Positions 6,446-12,121 of a stretch of DNA of 25,539 nt are shown here, in pieces. A program made the position numbers and the translations under genes. Numbering within the stretch: the stretch's first letter is position 1; each line of letters begins with the position of its first letter. The notes below the pieces were generated by a model. It was given only the letters and a program-made list of their open reading frames with translations. It did no database searches and was not told where the DNA came from. Source of the DNA: a virus; IMG/VR virus record IMGVR_UViG_3300040801_005248, positions 1 to 25,539 of that record; one strand, written 5' to 3'.

Positions 6446-7248
6446 TTTTTGTACATCCTTTCCAGCCAGACGGCCACCGTACGCCGCCCTTCTTCGGTAT
6501 ACTGGTAGCCCTGATTTGGATGCCCAGGGCTACGCTCCGCGATGATGGCCGGGTTAGTGGTAAGCAAAAACTGAATTAAATCTTCATACGTGCCCCGCTC
6601 AAAGGGCTTTTTGGCCCCGACCCAATTTGTTTGAGCCATAGATTTCCCGGCTAGGGTTGCCCCGGCCCAAACGGCGAATTGGTCAATACTCACCCCCTCC
6701 GGCAGAAGCCCCAACCACGTCCCCGCATACCGCCCCCCGCCATCTTTTTTGATAATTTCAAGTTGAACTCTCCCCCCCCCCTCCACTGGGCCAGGAACCC
6801 CCACCCCCCCCTGCGTAGGTTGAGGAAGCGCAGGAGTCGCCGGCTCTCGACCGACAACAGTCTCTATCTCAAAGATAGAGTTGTTGGCAAAGGCAGAGCC
6901 AGACGCCCAAGCCCAGGCAAAGGCCAAGCCCGCCACAGGCACGGCGTACAGAGGCGACTGCAAGGCGAAGGCCATCGCCGGCGCGGAAATAAAGCCAACA
7001 ATCCCGGCCCAAATCGAAGCCCGGGCCAACGGAATTGACACGTTAGCCGTCATAGTCAGGCTTTGCACAGGCCGCCGCCGTGACCATTCCGCCACCTGGT
7101 CAATCGGGATAGGACTGGTACCAGCCCTCACGCTGTAGCTAGTATGGGTCGGTTGCCATTGGCCCCAGGCGGCAGGGCCAGGGCCGAGGCTTTGTTGTTG
7201 ATGATTAAATTCTTCATGGTGCGCTTTCCCGCAATGTGGACAGTACAT
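6442..7248 (-). CDS. Membrane protein with N-terminal zinc ribbon (268 aa)
   Basis: MYCPHCGKAHH at the N-terminus. Hydrophobic segments IPLARASIWAGIVGFISAPAMAFAL and AVPVAGLAFAWAWASG. The leader motif lies upstream. Confidence 0.7.
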   Translation of the reverse strand: MYCPHCGKAHHEEFNHQQQSLGPGPAAWGQWQPTHTSYSVRAGTSPIPIDQVAEWSRRRPVQSLTMTANVSIPLARASIWAGIVGFISAPAMAFALQSPLYAVPVAGLAFAWAWASGSAFANNSIFEIETVVGREPATPALPQPTQGGVGVPGPVEGGGRVQLEIIKKDGGGRYAGTWLGLLPEGVSIDQFAVWAGATLAGKSMAQTNWVGAKKPFERGTYEDLIQFLLTTNPAIIAERSPGHPNQGYQYTEEGRRTVAVWLERMYKK

Positions 7249-7255
7249 AATGGTC

Positions 7256-7269
7256 TCCTTTCGTGGTGG
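7256..7269 (-). promoter_or_regulatory. Leader motif CCACCACGAAAGGA (copy 6, minus strand)
   Basis: Exact reverse complement TCCTTTCGTGGTGG, 7 nt upstream of ATG 7248. Confidence 0.6.
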
Positions 7270-7274
7270 AAGTT

Positions 7275-7339
7275 TGATGTCAGTGGTCAGTAGTCAGTAG
7301 TCAGATATCCGATTACTGGCTACTGACTACTGACTGCTA
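7275..7339 (-). repeat. Heptanucleotide tandem-repeat spacer forming a ~26-bp hairpin (R2)
   Basis: 7279-7304 pairs with 7309-7334 (22 WC pairs, 3 G.T, 1 mismatch on the plus strand). The repeat starts at the TAG stop of gene 7337-7600. Confidence 0.85.
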
Positions 7340-7600
7340 TCGAATAATATACGCCACCTCCCCCGGCTTTAGATAATTCCGCGAGTGAGCGTAAACAACG
7401 GGCCGACCCTGGTCATCAGTCAGTATCGGCATCTGATCTGGTTCCGTACAGCCGATGTAATAGGGTGCGTACCGTTTGTCCGTCTGCAAACTCACAAATT
7501 GCGGTGCCGGTTGGAAGCGCCGCCGCACCGGGGGCGTGTAGCCCTGCGTCTTGAATGTTTCTCGTTTCGTTACCCTGCGTCCACTGATCGCCTGTCCCAT
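7337..7600 (-). CDS. Hypothetical protein (87 aa)
   Basis: AGGAGG lies 8 nt upstream of ATG 7600. Confidence 0.7.
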   Translation of the reverse strand: MGQAISGRRVTKRETFKTQGYTPPVRRRFQPAPQFVSLQTDKRYAPYYIGCTEPDQMPILTDDQGRPVVYAHSRNYLKPGEVAYIIR

Positions 7601-7837
7601 CTCAATGACCTCCTAAGATTTTACCAAATGAATAAACCAATAATTTGAATACCACCCGTACCAGCAAGCGAGTCGCCCAGGCCGAAGCCCAGGCCACCAG
7701 CCCCGCTACCCCAACCGCCACCGCTACCACGGCCTCAACCAACTAGGCCACCAACCGCACCAGCCACCCCGCCCCGCCCCGTGGGAGCAGGGCGAAATAA
7801 AAACCGTTTCTGTCCATCCGGGCTATCACTCTAAATG

Positions 7838-8023
7838 TCATAATTCAGTCACCACATAATAGCCGTAGACGCCAGTCGCCACCGCCCCCAGCAAAACAAC
7901 TATGGCCGCCAACTTCAATTCCAGGCTCATAAACCAAATGTCCACACAGGCCCGCAAGCCGATGATGAGCCACGCCGCCAAGACAATCCTAATCAACACG
8001 TCACGCCGTTTAAGCCACTTCAT
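7838..8023 (-). CDS. Small two-TM membrane protein (61 aa)
   Basis: GGGGAGGGGG lies 4 nt upstream of the ATG. Two hydrophobic helices. A holin-like role is only a guess. Confidence 0.6.
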   Translation of the reverse strand: MKWLKRRDVLIRIVLAAWLIIGLRACVDIWFMSLELKLAAIVVLLGAVATGVYGYYVVTEL

Positions 8024-8759
8024 AACGCCCCCTCCCCGTTTGCTTTAGTTTGCCCAGGGCCAAACCGTGGTTGATGATTTTATACGCCTGCGTCTTTTTG
8101 ACCGTCGCCCAGGCTTGCACGTCCGCCTGACCAAAAACGCCCCCAGCTTGCGCCAGCACCGCCTCAAGCCCCGCCTCAAGCGCGGCATCGTTCACCGTGG
8201 TTCGTGGTCGTTCGTGGTCGTTCACTCGTTCATAGTCGTTCAGTGAACGATGCGGGCGATTAGCCAGCCGCCGAGCGCGGGCCTCAGCCTTGCTCTCGGT
8301 AATGTCAGCCAGCCGCCGGTTGTGGTCGGTACTGAGAGCCAGCGAGACGTAGCCCACCCCGGCCAGCAAGAAAAACGAGGCCGGAGCGAGTGAGGCCAGC
8401 ACCGGGAAAATCTCCAGCAGGCTGGAAATGCTAACCCCAATCACAACGTAGGTCAGGGCCAGCACCGCCGCCAGTTCAAACGGGGCCGGGGGGTCGTTTT
8501 TGCGCCGGGTCTGATTGTAGGTCCACAGCTTCAAAGCATTGTGGGTGGCCGCTATCCCAATCAATTCGATGGTGGCCGCCATCAGCAGGGCCACCGGCCA
8601 AGGCGTTGCCAAATGCGCTTGGGCCGCCCTAGATATGAAATACGCCGGGGGGAGCGGGGCCAGCCAGGGGCCAAGCCGAGCCGCCACTTCTGTCAACAGG
8701 TTTTCCACATCGGTGATAGCCTGCTCCAGGTTCACAGGCCGATTTTCAATAAGTGCCAT
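8010..8759 (-). CDS. Multi-pass membrane protein with C-terminal wHTH-like tail (249 aa)
   Basis: Several hydrophobic segments. The C-terminus reads KKTQAYKIINHGLALGKLKQTGRGRYEV. The leader motif lies upstream. Confidence 0.7.
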   Translation of the reverse strand: MALIENRPVNLEQAITDVENLLTEVAARLGPWLAPLPPAYFISRAAQAHLATPWPVALLMAATIELIGIAATHNALKLWTYNQTRRKNDPPAPFELAAVLALTYVVIGVSISSLLEIFPVLASLAPASFFLLAGVGYVSLALSTDHNRRLADITESKAEARARRLANRPHRSLNDYERVNDHERPRTTVNDAALEAGLEAVLAQAGGVFGQADVQAWATVKKTQAYKIINHGLALGKLKQTGRGRYEVA

Positions 8760-8766
8760 TGTTGCT

Positions 8767-8780
8767 TCCTTTCGTGGTGG
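8767..8780 (-). promoter_or_regulatory. Leader motif CCACCACGAAAGGA (copy 5, minus strand)
   Basis: Exact reverse complement, 7 nt upstream of ATG 8759. It is preceded in sense orientation by hairpin 8789-8807 (AAGGCGG-ACAGT-CCGCCTT). Confidence 0.6.
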
Positions 8781-8857
8781 GAGTGTCTAAGGCGGACAGT
8801 CCGCCTTGGTAAATCCGAAGTTACTGGGTTTATGCGTTAAGTTCAATCCTTTCTGCC

Positions 8858-9070
8858 TCATGAGGCTTTGGTTAATAGTTGGTACAAATCATCAGACTGT
8901 TTCGCCCCGGTCAGTACGGCCCAGGCCAGTTGATGCGCTTCGGCCACTTGCTGGCTGTAAAGGCCGGGCGTATGCTCTTGCAAATCGGCCAGAGCTTCGC
9001 AGATTTTCTCCAGGCGCGACCCCGGGAAAACGATGCGGGGGTTCGCCCTGTAAATTGGGTTGTCGCTCAT
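8858..9070 (-). CDS. Hypothetical protein (70 aa)
   Basis: GAGG lies 7 nt upstream of ATG 9070. First gene downstream of the iteron array. Confidence 0.6.
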   Translation of the reverse strand: MSDNPIYRANPRIVFPGSRLEKICEALADLQEHTPGLYSQQVAEAHQLAWAVLTGAKQSDDLYQLLTKAS

Positions 9071-9126
9071 TTAAAAACCTCAAATCATTTTGATAGATGG
9101 ATTCTGTAATGTACTTCTATTTAAAG

Positions 9127-9231
9127 CATGTGTACCGTACATAAGCGGCTTATGTACCGTACATAAGGAAAATTTTACTTATGACAAGTCGCTTATGTAC
9201 CGTACATAAGCGGGATATGTACCGTACATAT
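9127..9231. repeat. Array of four palindromic iterons/operators (core TGTACCGTACA) plus one degenerate copy
   Basis: Centres lie at 9136, 9158, 9201 and 9223 (spacings 22/43/22 bp). Copies 2 and 3 are the 19-bp palindrome CTTATGTAC-C-GTACATAAG. The AT-rich stretch 9071-9126 adjoins the array. Confidence 0.85.
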
Positions 9232-9240
9232 TGAAATTAG

Positions 9241-10098
9241 TCATTCAGCCAGGTATCCCAGGTCTGAAAATGAGGCCTGTTGCCACTCCTGATGATTGAC
9301 ATTGTGAATCGTCAACCAGCGCCGATGTTCGGCTTGAAGCCGCCGGCTAAAATAACTGACCTCAATTTCGGTGAGCAAAGGCAAACTTTCCAAAACCTGA
9401 AACGTGTAAGCCGTTTTGCGCCCGGCCCCGGTGGTCATCGTGCGCACAATACGCCGCTCCGAAAGCTCCTGGAGCCAGCCCTTAATGCCAGCCCGTTGAT
9501 GGGGCGGGTTGCCCCAGGCCCGCCGGCCCAACAATTTGTACCGCTGTCCTTTGGCTGTAATATCAGCCAAAAGAGCAATTGCGGGCCACTTGCCCGTCAG
9601 GTTTTGGGCCTCATAGCCAAATGATTTCAGGGTGAGCCACAGCCCAAACGCCTCGCCTAGCACCGGTTGCCAGAAACGCACCGCATACACCGAGGGCGCA
9701 ACAAAGGCCCGCAACGGGTCAGTCTGTACCAGTTCCGTTTTGAAGCGCCCAGGGCCAGGGCCATCCGGGTCAGGCTGAGGCCAAACGCTCATTTGAGGTA
9801 TTTTCTGTGCTATCGGGTCTGATGGTGGTGGCCGCCCCACCACGTAATCAATATGGCCTATCGCCGCATCTTGGAGTAAGGCCGCCCGCTTGATGGTGTC
9901 ATCCAGCCGGTTACTTAACCATTGTTGAGCAAACGTATTTTTGACGTAAACTGTGAGAATGCCCGTCTCTTTGTCCAGCACCGCCCCGCTATCCTGAAAC
10001 CACGTATCAAACGTGGATTTGGTCATCTGTAACTTTAATTGGTTTAATGTATCGGCCCAGGCGGGCCAGGCCGGAAGGGGATTGACTGAGGGTGACAA
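9241..10098 (-). CDS. Replication-initiator-like protein with DnaA N-terminal-like domain (285 aa)
   Basis: WADTLNQLKLQMTKSTFDTWFQDSGAVL..LTVYVKNTFAQQWLSNRLDDTIKRA follows the DnaA_N pattern. TTG start with AAAGGAG 6 nt upstream. The iterons lie immediately 3' of the gene. Confidence 0.55.
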   Translation of the reverse strand: MSPSVNPLPAWPAWADTLNQLKLQMTKSTFDTWFQDSGAVLDKETGILTVYVKNTFAQQWLSNRLDDTIKRAALLQDAAIGHIDYVVGRPPPSDPIAQKIPQMSVWPQPDPDGPGPGRFKTELVQTDPLRAFVAPSVYAVRFWQPVLGEAFGLWLTLKSFGYEAQNLTGKWPAIALLADITAKGQRYKLLGRRAWGNPPHQRAGIKGWLQELSERRIVRTMTTGAGRKTAYTFQVLESLPLLTEIEVSYFSRRLQAEHRRWLTIHNVNHQEWQQASFSDLGYLAE

Positions 10099-10144
10099 AT
10101 GTAACTCCTTTCATAATTGATTAAAAGAAGCTACCAGAGGGAAA

Positions 10145-11041
10145 ATGAAACTTACCACCACGATTGAAGAATTTTTGATGGAAGCCAGGCTGAGCTTGGC
10201 CCCGGCCACGGTCAGCAAATACCAATCACATCTGCTTGGTTTTGCCGCCCACGTCGGCGACATCACCCTAAGCGACATCACCGCCCGCCACATCCGCACA
10301 TGGCGCGGAAGTTTGACGGATGCCCTATCACCCTATACAATCCACCAACGACAGCGAACATTACGTCGTTTTTTTAATTGGTGCCTTGACGAAGGCTATG
10401 TCAGCGCATCACCGGTGCGAACGGTGGCTTTCCCACCACTCCCCAAAGACCACCCGCCCCGCGCCATCTCAGCTTATGATTTACACCTAATGTTTCAGGC
10501 CGCTTTCAAGAGTGGACCCCGAGACTACGCCCTGGTTCGCTTCTTGGCCGATACCGGTTGCCGCATAGGCGGCCTGATCACGGCCAGAATAAGCGACTTG
10601 GACACGCAAAACAGAACCATTCTATTAACAGAAAAGGGGAATAAAACCCGCCCGGCCTGGTTTGGGAGTGAAACGGCCAACGCCTTACGCGCCTGGCTGG
10701 TCATTCGGCCCGACCACCCTTCAAACCGATTGTTTCTCAGTCAGCGGCCTGGCAGAGCGCCGGAGCCAATGACTACATCTGGCCCACGCCAGTTATTGAA
10801 ACGCCTGGCAGGGGAGATCGGAATTACCGGGCCGCATAATCCGCACGCCTTCCGCCACGCTTTCGCCCGGCGGATGCTGGCCAACGGCATGGACATCAGC
10901 GACTTAAGTCGCCTCATGGGGCATAGCTCCATCCAGGTCACGGCGAAGCATTACTTATGCTGGACAGCCGCCGAGTTGGGCCAGAAACACGCTCAATTTA
11001 ACTCGCTGGATGAAATAAAAATCACAACGAGGGATTTGTAG
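10145..11041 (+). CDS. int: Tyrosine recombinase / phage integrase (298 aa)
   Basis: Box I is ADTGCRIGGL. Then come HAFRHAFA (HxxR) and GHSSIQVTAKHY (H...Y nucleophile). The N-terminus is a SAM-like core-binding domain. Confidence 0.9.
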   Translation: MKLTTTIEEFLMEARLSLAPATVSKYQSHLLGFAAHVGDITLSDITARHIRTWRGSLTDALSPYTIHQRQRTLRRFFNWCLDEGYVSASPVRTVAFPPLPKDHPPRAISAYDLHLMFQAAFKSGPRDYALVRFLADTGCRIGGLITARISDLDTQNRTILLTEKGNKTRPAWFGSETANALRAWLVIRPDHPSNRLFLSQRPGRAPEPMTTSGPRQLLKRLAGEIGITGPHNPHAFRHAFARRMLANGMDISDLSRLMGHSSIQVTAKHYLCWTAAELGQKHAQFNSLDEIKITTRDL

Positions 11042-11063
11042 GCCCTCGCTGTACTACCACAAA

Positions 11064-11111
11064 AAGGGACTCATAAGCCCTTGGTCGTGTGTTCAAATCA
11101 CACCGTCGCCA
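11064..11111 (+). other. attP core: 3' half of a tRNA with CAU anticodon (Met or Ile2)
   Basis: Anticodon loop CTCATAA (11070-11076), variable region TGGTC, T-arm GTGTG-TTCAAAT-CACAC, 3' acceptor CGTCGCC plus discriminator A. No matching 5' acceptor or D-arm lies upstream. Confidence 0.7.
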
Positions 11112-11233
11112 TTCCCTCAAAAACAGGCGGTTTAAGGGGGGAGGGTGGGGCAAGTTTTGTTGCTTGCCCTCTGGTAGCTGGTTACTACGATTAAAATGTA
11201 TTCAGTTGTTAAGGTGCATTTTCAGGGGACAGC

Positions 11234-11269
11234 AAAGGCCCGATCACTGACACTGGTCGGGCCTTTTTT
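11234..11269. terminator. Intrinsic terminator shared by int (plus) and xis (minus)
   Basis: AAAGGCCCGA...TCGGGCCTTT stem followed by T6 on the plus strand. On the minus strand it directly follows the xis stop codon. Confidence 0.7.
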
Positions 11270-11471
11270 ATTCGTCTGTTCCCTGATTGCGCTTTTGGCG
11301 CAGGGCTTCAATATCTTCGGCAGGAATGAGCCAGGCCGAAGTCAGTTTGTCGGGGTCCACTTTAAAAGCATGGGGAAAATCGCCCCGGTGTAACCACAAA
11401 TGAATCGTGGTCTTGGCTACGCCAAACTCCATTGCGGCCTGTTCTACATTGTAGGGTCTATCGGTTGACAT
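11268..11471 (-). CDS. xis: Excisionase / MerR-type HTH DNA-binding protein (67 aa)
   Basis: YNVEQAAMEFGVAKTTIHLWLHRGDFP fits the excisionase-family HTH. Position is next to int/attP. Confidence 0.65.
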   Translation of the reverse strand: MSTDRPYNVEQAAMEFGVAKTTIHLWLHRGDFPHAFKVDPDKLTSAWLIPAEDIEALRQKRNQGTDE

Positions 11472-11493
11472 TATCGCCTGCCAAGTGTAAAGT
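11465..11493 (+). promoter_or_regulatory. Sigma70-like promoter for the moron cassette
   Basis: TTGACA (11465-11470), a 17-nt spacer, then TAAAGT (11488-11493). The -35 element overlaps the xis start codon. Confidence 0.5.
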
Positions 11494-11597
11494 TATACAG
11501 TAGATGGGCAGTGTACAGATTATTCGAAAATCTGTCAAGCCCGCTCTAAAATTTAGAAATGATAGTTATACCGCTTCGACGGGAAAGGAACTCTAAA

Positions 11598-11828
11598 ATG
11601 ACCTCACAAACGTGCGGGCACTGCAAATTTTGGGAACCATACGAAACAAACAAACAGCTTGGGAAGTGCCCAAACCTCGGTGTGATTATATTCGATAAAG
11701 GTGATGTGCTTGAAGCGTCACTCAATCATAAAAGATATACATTTTCTGATGGGCCTCCAGTTTCCGATGCGACAACCGTTAGAACAACTGAGGATTTTGG
11801 CTGTATTTGCTATCAACCCCGCATATAA
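11598..11828 (+). CDS. Small Cys-rich protein (76 aa)
   Basis: GGAAAGGAA RBS lies 8 nt upstream of ATG 11598. Motifs: CGHCKFW..GKC near the N-terminus and FGCICYQP near the C-terminus. Confidence 0.65.
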   Translation: MTSQTCGHCKFWEPYETNKQLGKCPNLGVIIFDKGDVLEASLNHKRYTFSDGPPVSDATTVRTTEDFGCICYQPRI

Positions 11829-11841
11829 CAAAAGCATCAAC

Positions 11842-11976
11842 ATGAACAACATCGACGCCATTATCACCTGGTGTATCTTCGGCCTAATGGTCTACATCTT
11901 CAGCCGCATCAATCAGCGCATCGAAAAAGCCGAGCCAGAGCCAGGGCCAGAAAACGAAAAAGAGCCACCGATATAA
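11842..11976 (+). CDS. Small single-TM protein (44 aa)
   Basis: MNNIDAIITWCIFGLMVYIFSRINQR followed by an acidic/Pro tail. ATG 11842 is in frame in ORF 11701-11976. The stop lies in the terminator loop. Confidence 0.5.
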   Translation: MNNIDAIITWCIFGLMVYIFSRINQRIEKAEPEPGPENEKEPPI

Positions 11977-11993
11977 AAATCGGTGGCTCTTTT
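11961..11993 (+). terminator. Terminator of the moron cassette
   Basis: AGAGCCACCGAT-ATAAAA-ATCGGTGGCTCT (12-bp perfect stem) followed by TTT. Confidence 0.65.
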
Positions 11994-12030
11994 CGTACCA
12001 TGACCGTCAATAAACCCAAAAATGAAAGGT

Positions 12031-12077
12031 GTCGGCCAGCCAGGGGGCGGGCTGGGGGGGGACCCCGGCCAACCGAC
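12031..12077 (-). other. GC/G-run-rich hairpin at the late-operon 3' end (possible terminator)
   Basis: 12031-12041 pairs with 12067-12077. The three A.C/C.A mismatches on the plus strand become G.U pairs on the minus strand. Only an interrupted T-rich tail follows on the minus strand. Confidence 0.35.
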
Positions 12078-12121
12078 AAAAAAAATTTTAGCAGGTTTGG
12101 ACGCCGGCGCAAATCAGATTA

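Noticed and set aside
5794-6508. ORFs 5794-6006 (+), 5823-6038 (-), 5941-6378 (-), 6003-6230 (+) and 6068-6508 (+)
   Set aside because: These are alternative frames of the Cys-repeat gene and the R1 spacer. Only frame 5912-6445 shows the regular CxxC periodicity and ATGA coupling.
8188-8250. About 10-nt periodic repeat (GGTCGTTCGT-like) and an 8-bp hairpin inside CDS 8010-8759
   Set aside because: It lies in frame within a well-supported gene and encodes an NDxER-type peptide repeat. There is no evidence of an independent element, so I note it only as internal low complexity.
9127-9231. CRISPR array interpretation of the iterons (and of the heptamer arrays)
   Set aside because: Repeat units are 17-19 bp palindromes with 3-24 bp between them, or 7-nt tandem units. 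There are no 25-40-bp unique spacers and no cas genes or leader.
11036-11111. A complete tRNA gene downstream of int
   Set aside because: The 3' acceptor CGTCGCC has no complementary GGCGACG upstream. No D-arm can be drawn, and the base next to the anticodon loop is mismatched. It is a 3' fragment (attP core), not a gene.
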